Positions 30,325-38,799 of a stretch of 64,000 nt of DNA are shown piece after piece (the stretch's first letter is position 1; every line of letters starts with the position of its first letter). The position numbers and the translations under genes are program-made. The DNA comes from Myxococcota bacterium (GTDB lineage Bacteria; Myxococcota_A; UBA9160; UBA6930): assembly GCA_965223415.1 (NCBI GenBank), contig OZ245002.1, positions 2,208,001 to 2,272,000 on the forward strand, read 5' to 3'. The notes below the pieces were generated by a model, which searched no databases, was not told the DNA's origin, and worked only from the letters and a program-made list of their open reading frames with translations.

Positions 30325-30385
30325 GGGCCGGTTCCGATTGTCAAGTTGTCACAACTTGACAATCGGAACCGGCCCCTAACTTAAC
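30315..30385. repeat. Perfect 71-bp palindrome made of two inverted copies of the AGGGGCCGGTTCCG repeat
   Basis: GTTAAGTTAGGGGCCGGTTCCGATTGTCAAGTTGT, then C, then its exact reverse complement; between convergent genes. Confidence 0.92.
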
Positions 30386-30386
30386 G

Positions 30387-31445
30387 TCAGCCGAGTTCGA
30401 TGGTGCCGGTTTCGTCGTCTTCCATGGCTTCGAGGACGGTGGTGTCGTCGTAGATGCGGATGCCTTCGGCGGCGAACTTCTCGCGGGTGCGGTCGGTGAT
30501 GGCGCCGACGCGGGCGAGGGCGGGCATCATCAGGTCCTTGAAGGCGTGGACCGTGCCGGGGGGCTGGTCGAACTCGATGCCCTGCTCGCGGGCCTCCTTC
30601 ATGCCGGCTAGGAAGTCGGCCGGGTCGATCTCGCTGTTCTCGAGCACGAGCCGGAAGGTCGGGTCCGGCGCCGGCGGCCGGCCCTTCCGGCGGCCGGTCG
30701 ACGCGACCATCATCATCAGGGCGTCGTAGGCGAACTCGGCCACGTCCTCGCGATCGTCCGGGTGCATCTTCTTGAGGGTCTCGCCCACGTAGACGTTCCC
30801 GAACGCGACGTGCCGGCTCTCGTCCCGCAGCACGCCCTCGATCAGGCTGCGGAGCAGCTCGCAGGACGTCGCGCGCCGCATGTTGTGGAAGGCGCCGAGC
30901 GCCAGCCCCTCCACGATCATGTTCATCCCGATGGCGATCTTCACCCAGTGCTCGCTCTTGAGCGTCGCGTCGATCAGCTCGCGAAGGAAGGGAGACATGG
31001 GGTAGACGAGCGCGAGCTTGCGCACGTAGCGCTCGAACACCTCGACGTGCCGCGCCTCGTCCATCGTCTGGGTCGCGGCGTAGAGCTTGCCCTCGTAGTC
31101 AGGCACCGCGTGGGTGAGCGTGGCGGCCGTCATCAGCGCACCCTGCTCGCCGTGGAGGAACTGGGAGAGGCGCTGGGCGCCCACATGGGCCCGGAACGTC
31201 TCCTGCTGGCTCTTCGAGAGCCGCTTCACGAAGGGAATCTCGGCGAGCCCGAAGCGATCGTCGTCGATGATCGGCCTGGACGGGTCGACGGGGAGCGACC
31301 AATCGAGGTCCACCTCGCCGTCCCACTGCAGCCTCTTCGACTTCGAGTAGAGGTTGCGCAGGGTGTCGATGTCCATCTCGTAGTCGAACTGCCAGGCGAT
31401 CTCCATCGCTGTCTGGTACGTCTCGACGTGCTTCGGTCCGCTCAT
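30387..31445 (-). CDS. Ferritin-like diiron protein (AurF-like), paralog of 3396-4532
   Basis: SQFLHGEQGAL, DEARH, VEGLALGAF, DESRHVAFG. Confidence 0.85.
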   Translation of the reverse strand: MSGPKHVETYQTAMEIAWQFDYEMDIDTLRNLYSKSKRLQWDGEVDLDWSLPVDPSRPIIDDDRFGLAEIPFVKRLSKSQQETFRAHVGAQRLSQFLHGEQGALMTAATLTHAVPDYEGKLYAATQTMDEARHVEVFERYVRKLALVYPMSPFLRELIDATLKSEHWVKIAIGMNMIVEGLALGAFHNMRRATSCELLRSLIEGVLRDESRHVAFGNVYVGETLKKMHPDDREDVAEFAYDALMMMVASTGRRKGRPPAPDPTFRLVLENSEIDPADFLAGMKEAREQGIEFDQPPGTVHAFKDLMMPALARVGAITDRTREKFAAEGIRIYDDTTVLEAMEDDETGTIELG

Positions 31446-31932
31446 CGTCTCGCTCTCCCGCTTCGGGCGGCGGAAGCGCCCGCGCATCTTCGCCGACGGC
31501 GTCCTGGACGGCGTCGAGCCCCCGGTCGATGGCTTCCTTCACCTGGGCGGTCACCCCGCCGCGGCGGTACTCGTCGACCAGCACGCGCTCGATGCGATCG
31601 AACACGTCGTCGGCTCGCAGCGTCTCCTCCCCCGGCTCGTCGGGGGCAGGCTCGGTGGCGAGCCCTCGCCGCCCGCGGGCCCGGCGGCCGAAGAGGTCGA
31701 CGAAGTCGTCGAACTCGTCGCCGATCTTGAGGATCTCGTGGAAGTAGCGCTCCGGCCGCGACGGTGAGAGCAGGAGGCCCGCCGCACCGGCAAGAAGGGC
31801 GGCGGGGATCAGCGCGATGTCCCGCAGCGCCTCCAGGCTCGCCTTGGCGACGAAGACCAGGAGGTCACGGATCAGCTTCCAGCGCATTGCGCGCGGGTCG
31901 CCCTGGGGCTCTTCCGGAAGGGGGGCGGACAT
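31099..31932 (-). CDS. Hypothetical protein with one hydrophobic segment; 3' end overlaps the diiron gene
   Basis: MRWKLIRDLLVFVAKASLEALRDIALIP...EYRRGGVTAQVKEAIDRGLD is protein-like; the tail below about 31445 looks like a shadow frame. Confidence 0.6.
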   Translation of the reverse strand: MSAPLPEEPQGDPRAMRWKLIRDLLVFVAKASLEALRDIALIPAALLAGAAGLLLSPSRPERYFHEILKIGDEFDDFVDLFGRRARGRRGLATEPAPDEPGEETLRADDVFDRIERVLVDEYRRGGVTAQVKEAIDRGLDAVQDAVGEDARALPPPEAGERDDERTEARRDVPDSDGDRLAVRLRDGHRHPAQPLLEVEEAAVGRRGGPRLVAPRRPVQADHRRRSLRARRDSLREAALEEPAGDVPGPCGRPAPLPVPPRRAGCADDGRHAHPRGA

Positions 31933-31984
31933 GCCACCGGAGAGTCTACCATCGGGCCTTCCCCCTTCGCCGAAGGAGCCCCCC

Positions 31985-32584
31985 ATGCCCAAGAAGGCCC
32001 TGCGTCGCATCGAGAAGACCCTCGCCCAGCTCGCCGAGCAGCAGGACGCGATCTGCGCCGAGGTCGGGACCCTGCGCGCCCGCGTCGACGCACTCGCCGC
32101 CGGCGATGCGCCCGCTTCCGACGCGCCCCGCGCCGCAGGGCGCGACGAGGTGCTCGCCTTCCTCGACCAGTTCCGCGCCGGCGAAGCCCTGGGCGAGGCC
32201 TCCACGGGCGCGTGGCTCGCCGTCTCCGACGTCGACTGCGTGCGTGGCGGCCTGCGGGTCGTCCAGCAGCGCGAGGGCATGCACGCGCGCCTGCTGGAGG
32301 AGCGCATCAAGCAGCTGGGTGGCACCTGCAGCTTCGAGATCCCGGACGCGATCCACAGCGCCGCCATGGCCGACGCCGGCGACGCGGCGAAGGGCGACGC
32401 TGCCAAGGTGCTGGGCTTCGTCCAACGCTTCGGCGACGCGGACGCCGCCCTGGCCCCCCTTCACGAGCTGGCCGATCGCCTCGACGACGATCCCGAGACC
32501 CAGAGCCTGCTGCGCAACATCGCCCTGGACGAGCGCGCGACCCTCGACTTCTTCAACGAAGCCTGCGCCCTGCTGAACGCCTGA
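31985..32584 (+). CDS. Hypothetical ferritin-like protein with N-terminal coiled coil
   Basis: RBS AAGGAG; heptad-like N-terminus; FLDQFRAGE, REGMHARLLEERIKQLGG, LL..IA.DE. Confidence 0.7.
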   Translation: MPKKALRRIEKTLAQLAEQQDAICAEVGTLRARVDALAAGDAPASDAPRAAGRDEVLAFLDQFRAGEALGEASTGAWLAVSDVDCVRGGLRVVQQREGMHARLLEERIKQLGGTCSFEIPDAIHSAAMADAGDAAKGDAAKVLGFVQRFGDADAALAPLHELADRLDDDPETQSLLRNIALDERATLDFFNEACALLNA

Positions 32585-32586
32585 GC

Positions 32587-33060
32587 CTAGAGCAGCTCGG
32601 CCGGGGCCGTGGGCTTCCACTGGGCCCACACGAGCCGCCACTCGCCGGCGTCTTCCTCCTCGAGGTCGACGTCGATCTGGTAGACGTTGCCGTGGAGGGT
32701 GGTCGCGCCGCCTCCGCCGCGGGTGCCTCCGATGCCGGCGATCACCGTGACCTCCGCCTTCCCCGGGGAGACGATCAGCACGTCGCGCACCCGGAGCACC
32801 ACGTGGCGGCTCGAGTTGCGCATGACGTGGAAGGCCACGTAGCGCCCGAGCGCCTGGCGATCGTGGCCGTGGGCGTCCTCGTAGCGCTCGGACACGAAGG
32901 CCTTGAAGGCCGCGACGTCGCCTTCTTCCGCCGCGGCCTCGAGGGCGCCCAACGCCTGGCGGACGCGGGCCTCCGGCGTCTGCTCCGGGCCGCCGCACGC
33001 GACCAGGAGCCCCAGGCCCAGGAGCAGGCCGAGCCGCGCGACGGACGCCGAGGCACGCAT
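32587..33060 (-). CDS. Lipoprotein, NTF2/SnoaL-like fold
   Basis: Lipobox LVAC; AAEEGD...FVSERYED..G, C-terminal GEWRLV.A.W. Confidence 0.72.
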   Translation of the reverse strand: MRASASVARLGLLLGLGLLVACGGPEQTPEARVRQALGALEAAAEEGDVAAFKAFVSERYEDAHGHDRQALGRYVAFHVMRNSSRHVVLRVRDVLIVSPGKAEVTVIAGIGGTRGGGGATTLHGNVYQIDVDLEEEDAGEWRLVWAQWKPTAPAELL

Positions 33061-33250
33061 TCCCTGCTCATCGGCACGCCCCTCGTCGGATGGAGCCGGC
33101 CGGCGCTCGCATTCGACGTTGCATGAGGTTCATTGGCCCCGGTGTGGGCCCTTGAGGGGGCGTCAGGCCGCTCCGGAGACACGATCGAGGCGAACGACGG
33201 GATTTCACCTCTCAGGTCAACCCTGGGTTCATCGATAAGGCGAACAACCC

Positions 33251-36052
33251 ATGGGTTCCGTACTCCGACTCACATTGCTGGTGGGCCCGTTGCTCCTGCT
33301 GGCCGGCCACCCCGCTGCCGCGCAGGTGTGCGCCGGCGGCCCCTCCGATCCCAACGTCACCGGGGCGAGTGGCTCGTTCACCGCCAGCGGTGGGAGCTGC
33401 GTGTGGGTCGGGCCGAGCGGCGCCGTGACCGGCCGCGTGCGCACCTCCGGCACCTACACGGTGACGAACGACGGGAACATCACGAACCCCGGCGGCCACG
33501 GAATCCTGGACACGACGAACGACACCACGGTCGTGAACCACGGGACGGTCGATTCCCGGAACGGCATCGACGTCCGCCATCGCAGCCAGGTCACCAACAC
33601 GGGAACCGTGCGCAGCGCCTTCCACGGCATCCGAACCCGAAACGACTCCGCGGTCGTGAACCGGGGCCTGGTCGACTCGGGCCGCATCGGCATCCTCATG
33701 AACCACCGCGCGAGCGCCACCAACCGCGGGACGATCCGGTCGGGCCACCACGGCATCCGGGTGCTCGACGACAGCCGAGTCGATCACGGCGGCACGATCG
33801 CCGCCGGCCGCTACGGGATCTACGCGCGCCACCGCTCGACGGTCACGGCGTCGGGCCGCATCACGTCGGGCTGGGACGGCATCCGCCTGATCGACGACGG
33901 CTTCGTGCGCAACGACGCGATCATCACTTCGAGCCGGCGGGGGATCTACACGCGCAACCGCGGGACGGTGGTGAACGACGGCCAGGTAGATTCCGTCCTC
34001 CGTGCGATCGAAGGCCAGAACGACACGACGGTGGTGAACCGCGGCGTCGCGCGGTCGAGTGCCCGAGAGGGCATCTACGCACGCAACCGCGCCAGCGTCG
34101 TGAACCGCGGAACGGCCCAGGGAACCATCGGCATTCTCCTGGCCGGAAACGATGGCAGCGTCGTGAACTCCGGGCGTGTCACCGGAACCTCGGGCACCGC
34201 GATCCGCTTCCTGGGCGGGACGAATCAGCTCGTGCTGCAGACCGGCTCGCAGATCCAGGGCGACGTGCGCGGCGGCTCCGGCACCGACAGCCTCTTCCTC
34301 GAAGGCAGCGGGCGCTACGGCGGCGCCTTCCTCGCCTTCGAGTCGCTGGTTCGGCGGGGCAGCGGCGTCTGGAACCTCGCCGGAACGTCGACGATCGCCG
34401 GGCCCGCCCTCGTGTCCGGCGGCGTGCTCCAGGTGGACGGCACCCTCGGCGCCGCGTCCTTCACGGTGGGCTCTGGGGGAACCCTGGCCGGCCGCGGGCG
34501 GGTCGTCTCCGACGTGGACGTCCGCGGTACCGTCGCTCCGGGGCAGCCCGGTGGCGTAGGCACCCTCCGGGTCCAGGGCGACGCCACCTTCCGCCGGGGC
34601 AGCCGCTTCGCCGTCGACGTGACGACCGGGGGCGCGGACCTGCTGCGGGTTTCGGGCCGAGCCGATCTGCGCGGCGGCACCGTCGTCGTTTCCCCGGGTA
34701 GCGGCACCTTCCGCGACGGGACGACCTACGACGTCCTGGTGGCCGGCGGTGGCCGCCGCGGAGAGTTCTCCGCCACCACGAGCACCGGCTCGCCGGTGCT
34801 GCGCTTCGAGACGCTCTACCCGAGCGGCCGCGTTCGGCTGCGCGTCCAACGCCTTCCCTTCGCGTCCCTCTCCGGTCTGACACCGAACCAGAGCAGCGTG
34901 GCCGGTGCCTTCGACCGCGCCGTCCAGTCCGGCTCGAGCCCTGCGACCGATGCGCTCACCGCCGCCCTCGACTTCCAGAGCGAAGAGGAGATCGCCGCGG
35001 CCCTGAGCTCCATGGACCCGGAGCTCTTCGACGTGTATCCCCAGCTCGCCGACCACTGGACCGAGCGACGCTTCCACGTCCTCGAGGAGCGTCTGCGGGA
35101 CGCCGCCCGCCCCCCGCGGCGCCTCGGCCAGGCCGAGGCCGTGGCCCCCGCGCCGGAGGAAGAAGCCGAGAACGCGGACGACCTGCCGGCCGTCTCCTCC
35201 GGAGAGCCTCGCACGCCCACTCTCTGGGCCAGTGGGCTCGGCCTGTTCGGCGACAAGCACGGCGGTCGCGACGTGACCGGCTATGACTTCGACGGCGCCG
35301 GCGCGATGATCGGCGGCGACCTGCCGCTCTCCGAGCGGCTGCGCCTGGGCCTCGCCGCGAGCTGGCAGGAGACCGACGTGCGCTTCGATCGAGCCGGCAG
35401 CGACGGCCAGGTGCTGAACCGCGGCCTCGCCCTGTACGGGAGCTTCGACCCCGCGGGCCCGCTCTTCGCCGACGTGATCGTGCAGCAGATGTGGAACCGC
35501 TACGAGACGGAGCGGCTCGTGACGATCGACGGCCCGCGACGCGCGACCTCGCGGCACGACGGCCGCACCTTCGCCGCCCAGGCCAGCACCGGGCTGCGCA
35601 TCGAAGCGCCGGCGCTCTCGGTCGAGCCGCGCCTCGGCCTGCGCTACGCGCGCCTCAGCCAGGACGGCTTCCGGGAGGAGGGCGCCGGCGCCTTCGGCCT
35701 GGCCGTCGACAGCCGCTCCAGCGACGGGCTCGAGAGCTTCGCCGGGCTGCGCCTCGCCACCCACCTTCGCTTCCTGGACGAGCGCCTCGAGCTCACACCG
35801 CAGATCCACGGAGAGTGGGCCCGGCAGTGGCTGAGCGACGACCGCCGCATCCGCGCGACCCTGCCGGACCTGGCGCAGACCTCCTTCAGCGTCCGCGGCG
35901 ACAGCCGCGCGCCCCAGCAGTGGTCCCTGGGTCTGGGCCTCGCCGGCCGCTGGAACGAGCGGCTGCGCTTCGAGCTCGGCTACGAGTTCCAGCGCGGTCG
36001 CGATCGGCTGCGGAGCCACGCCCTGGTCGGCGGCCTGGAGTGGAGCTTCTAG
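33251..36052 (+). CDS. Autotransporter (type Va) with repetitive beta-helical passenger
   Basis: Signal peptide ending AAA-Q; about 21-aa GI..V.N.G repeats; GSGVWNLAG; LTPNQSSVA linker; beta-barrel region (GFREEGAG) ending LEWSF. Confidence 0.9.
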   Translation: MGSVLRLTLLVGPLLLLAGHPAAAQVCAGGPSDPNVTGASGSFTASGGSCVWVGPSGAVTGRVRTSGTYTVTNDGNITNPGGHGILDTTNDTTVVNHGTVDSRNGIDVRHRSQVTNTGTVRSAFHGIRTRNDSAVVNRGLVDSGRIGILMNHRASATNRGTIRSGHHGIRVLDDSRVDHGGTIAAGRYGIYARHRSTVTASGRITSGWDGIRLIDDGFVRNDAIITSSRRGIYTRNRGTVVNDGQVDSVLRAIEGQNDTTVVNRGVARSSAREGIYARNRASVVNRGTAQGTIGILLAGNDGSVVNSGRVTGTSGTAIRFLGGTNQLVLQTGSQIQGDVRGGSGTDSLFLEGSGRYGGAFLAFESLVRRGSGVWNLAGTSTIAGPALVSGGVLQVDGTLGAASFTVGSGGTLAGRGRVVSDVDVRGTVAPGQPGGVGTLRVQGDATFRRGSRFAVDVTTGGADLLRVSGRADLRGGTVVVSPGSGTFRDGTTYDVLVAGGGRRGEFSATTSTGSPVLRFETLYPSGRVRLRVQRLPFASLSGLTPNQSSVAGAFDRAVQSGSSPATDALTAALDFQSEEEIAAALSSMDPELFDVYPQLADHWTERRFHVLEERLRDAARPPRRLGQAEAVAPAPEEEAENADDLPAVSSGEPRTPTLWASGLGLFGDKHGGRDVTGYDFDGAGAMIGGDLPLSERLRLGLAASWQETDVRFDRAGSDGQVLNRGLALYGSFDPAGPLFADVIVQQMWNRYETERLVTIDGPRRATSRHDGRTFAAQASTGLRIEAPALSVEPRLGLRYARLSQDGFREEGAGAFGLAVDSRSSDGLESFAGLRLATHLRFLDERLELTPQIHGEWARQWLSDDRRIRATLPDLAQTSFSVRGDSRAPQQWSLGLGLAGRWNERLRFELGYEFQRGRDRLRSHALVGGLEWSF

Positions 36053-36088
36053 GCGTCTAGCCGGGCCGGCGTCCGGCCGAAGAGCCGG

Positions 36089-36844
36089 GTGGAGCCCGTC
36101 GTGCCGCTTCCGCTTCTCCTCGTCTCCTGGTCCATGGTCGTCCTCGGCGCCCTGCTGGTGGTGCGCCTGGCGCGCGTCAGTGCCCGCGCACGTTCCCTGC
36201 CCGAGGCCCTGATGGCGCTCTTCTTCTTCGGCGGCGTCGGGGGCTATGCGATCCTGATGCTGCGCCCGACCCTCGACCTCCCGCCCGCTCCTCTCCGCAA
36301 CGGCGCCGAGCTCCTCTTCGTGCTCGCCCACGTCGCCGTGGTGCTCTTCACCTGGCGGGTGTTCCGGCCGGAGTCGCCCGCGGCGCGGGCGTTCGCTCTG
36401 CTCCTGGTCCTCGGCGGCGTGGCGTTCCAGCTGGGCAGCACCGCACTCGCCCTGCGTCTGGGACGTGAGGCGGCCCTCGCCACCACCGCCGGGTCCACCC
36501 TCTTCTGGATCGGCATCGCCCTGCGCGCCGCCGGCTTCGGCTGGGCCGCCATCGAGTCGATCGCCTATCACGGACGCGCCCGCCTGCAGTCCGCCCTCGG
36601 CCTGCTCGATCCCCTCACCGCCAACCGCTTCCTGCTCTTCGCCTGCTGGTCGGGGATGGCGGTGGTGCTGCTGACGCTGCGCATCTTCACACGGCTGGTG
36701 GTCGAGGCGGCAGGCCCCGACCAGCCGGCGTGGCTCGTGCTCGCCCAGCTGGTGCCGGGACTGGTCTGCGTCACCGCCGTGTGGCTCACCTTCGCGCCGC
36801 CGGGCTTCTACCGGCGCCGGGTTCTCGCCCGCGCGGCGCACTGA
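36089..36844 (+). CDS. Hypothetical polytopic (about 7 TM) membrane protein
   Basis: About seven hydrophobic segments and no soluble domain; FTWRVFRP, WLTFAPP.FY. Confidence 0.75.
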   Translation: MEPVVPLPLLLVSWSMVVLGALLVVRLARVSARARSLPEALMALFFFGGVGGYAILMLRPTLDLPPAPLRNGAELLFVLAHVAVVLFTWRVFRPESPAARAFALLLVLGGVAFQLGSTALALRLGREAALATTAGSTLFWIGIALRAAGFGWAAIESIAYHGRARLQSALGLLDPLTANRFLLFACWSGMAVVLLTLRIFTRLVVEAAGPDQPAWLVLAQLVPGLVCVTAVWLTFAPPGFYRRRVLARAAH

Positions 36845-36874
36845 CGTAGCATGGGGCCTCACGAGGAGGTTCCC

Positions 36875-37240
36875 ATGGACGGCATCTTCGCCATCGCGCC
36901 CCTGCTCGGGGCCGCCGCCGCCATCCTGCTTGGCGCCGTCGGGCTGCTGCGCCCCATGATCCTGGCCGAGGCCACCGGCATCACGACCTCCGGGCCCCAC
37001 GGGCTGAGCGAGCTGCGTGCCGTGTTCGGCGGCACCCTGGGCTCCCTCGGCCTCGTCTGCCTGGTCACCCGGGAGCCCGCAGCCTTCCTCGCGGCCGCCG
37101 CCGCGTTCTTCGGCGGGGGCGTGGCGAAGATCCTCTCGCTCGTGATCGATCGGCCCGAGCCGGGCAAGGTGATGCCGGGGCTGCTGCTCGATTTCTTCGT
37201 CGGCGCCGCACTCCTTACCGGCTACGCCGCCGCCGGCTGA
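36875..37240 (+). CDS. Small membrane protein (DUF4345-like)
   Basis: RBS GAGGAGG; SELRAVFGG; four hydrophobic segments. Confidence 0.7.
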   Translation: MDGIFAIAPLLGAAAAILLGAVGLLRPMILAEATGITTSGPHGLSELRAVFGGTLGSLGLVCLVTREPAAFLAAAAAFFGGGVAKILSLVIDRPEPGKVMPGLLLDFFVGAALLTGYAAAG

Positions 37241-37246
37241 ACGCGC

Positions 37247-38698
37247 ATGGCGTTCGCACCCACCCTCGAGAGCCTGCGCACCCACGATGTGCCGAAGTGG
37301 TACCACGATGCGAAGCTCGGGATCTTCATCCACTGGAGCGTCTCCTCGGTGCCGGCCTTCGCGCCGCGCAGCGCCGGCATCGACGAGATCTTCGCCGGCA
37401 CCGCCGACCAGACCGATTCGCCCTACGCCGAGTGGTACTGGAACTCGCTCGAGCTCCCGGGCTCCGCCGTGCAGCGGCACCACCGCGAGACCTATGGCGA
37501 CCGTCCCTACGAGAGCTTCGCCGAGGGCTTCCGCAGCGGCCTCGAGCGCTGGCAGCCCGCCGCCTGGGCCGAGCACTTCCGCGCGGCCGGAGCGCGCTAC
37601 GTGGTGCAGGTGACGAAGCACCACGACGGCTTCTGTCTGTGGCCGAGCGCCGTTCTCCACCCGAACCCCCGGTGGAAAGGCTGGAACACGGGCCGCGACG
37701 TGGTGGCGGAGCTGGCCGCCGCGGTGCGCGGGGAAGGCCTGCGCTACGGCGTCTACTACTCCGGCGGCCTCGACTGGACCTTCGACCACCGGGTGGTGAA
37801 GGGGCTGGTCGACGTCCTCGCCGGCATGCCAGGCGGCGCCTACCCGGCCTACGCCGCCGCCCAGGTGCGCGAGCTCATCGAGCGGGTCGCCCCGGACGTG
37901 CTGTGGAACGACATCAGCTGGCCCGACGTTCCCGCCCGGCTCTGGCGACTCCTGGCTCACTACTACAACGCCGTGCCCGAAGGCGTGATCAACGACCGCT
38001 GGCTCACGCGAAGCTGGCTGATTCCCCTGCTCCGCCTGGGCCCGGTGAACCGCCTCGCCGAGGCCCTGCTCGTGCGCCAGCTGGGGAAGACCGGCGGCAT
38101 GCTGGCGCCCCCCGCACCGCCGGTGTGCGACTACCGCACGCCCGAGTACGCTTCCTTCCCCGACATCCAGGCGAAGAAGTGGGAGTGCGTGCGGGGCATC
38201 GACAAGAGCTTCGGCTACAACCGCGCGTCCCTGCCCGAGGACTTCCTCGGCAAAGAGGACCTGATCCACTCCTTCGTCGACCTGGTGAGCAAGAACGGCA
38301 ACCTGCTCCTGAACGTGGGACCTCGCGGCGAGGACGCTCAGATCCCCGACGTGCAGCTCGAGCGCCTGCGCTGGCTCGGCGCCTTCCTCGACCAGAACGG
38401 CGAGGGCATCTACGACACCCGGCCGTGGACCCGCGCCGAGGGCACCACGCGGGAGGGCGTGCCGGTGCGTTTCACCCGCAAGGGCGCGAACGTCTACGCC
38501 TTCTTGCTGGGCCGTCCCGAAGGAGCCTTCGTCACGTTCCGCGACCTGCCCGTGCCCGAAGGCTCGCTGCTGCGCTGGCTCGGCGCGCCGGCGGTGGCGG
38601 GCGTGGAGCGACTCGGCGCGGACGTGCGCGTGCCGTTGCCGGATCCGTCGTCGGGAGAGGTGGCGCGGGCGTTCGCGATCGAAACGGGCGGGCGCTGA
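37247..38698 (+). CDS. Alpha-L-fucosidase (GH29)
   Basis: PKWYHDAKLGIFIHW, YAEWY, TKHHDGFCLW, LWND, SKNGNLLLNVGP, GEGIYDTRPW; no signal peptide. Confidence 0.93.
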   Translation: MAFAPTLESLRTHDVPKWYHDAKLGIFIHWSVSSVPAFAPRSAGIDEIFAGTADQTDSPYAEWYWNSLELPGSAVQRHHRETYGDRPYESFAEGFRSGLERWQPAAWAEHFRAAGARYVVQVTKHHDGFCLWPSAVLHPNPRWKGWNTGRDVVAELAAAVRGEGLRYGVYYSGGLDWTFDHRVVKGLVDVLAGMPGGAYPAYAAAQVRELIERVAPDVLWNDISWPDVPARLWRLLAHYYNAVPEGVINDRWLTRSWLIPLLRLGPVNRLAEALLVRQLGKTGGMLAPPAPPVCDYRTPEYASFPDIQAKKWECVRGIDKSFGYNRASLPEDFLGKEDLIHSFVDLVSKNGNLLLNVGPRGEDAQIPDVQLERLRWLGAFLDQNGEGIYDTRPWTRAEGTTREGVPVRFTRKGANVYAFLLGRPEGAFVTFRDLPVPEGSLLRWLGAPAVAGVERLGADVRVPLPDPSSGEVARAFAIETGGR

Positions 38699-38799
38699 GA
38701 GGGCGATCGAGGCGGCACCGCTGGCGAGTGCCGGGCGACTTGCGGAACATCTGCGACCTTCTCTCGACGGGCCCTGGCGCCCGTGAAGGTCCATCCCAC

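Noticed and set aside
33218..33258. Two short AACCC(A)TGGGTT palindromes at the autotransporter start
   Set aside because: Short, one overlaps the start codon, and no regulator is adjacent; could be chance.
33212..38794. 1860-aa minus-strand ORF
   Set aside because: Antisense shadow of the autotransporter-to-fucosidase genes; no motifs, and long shadow ORFs are expected at this GC content.
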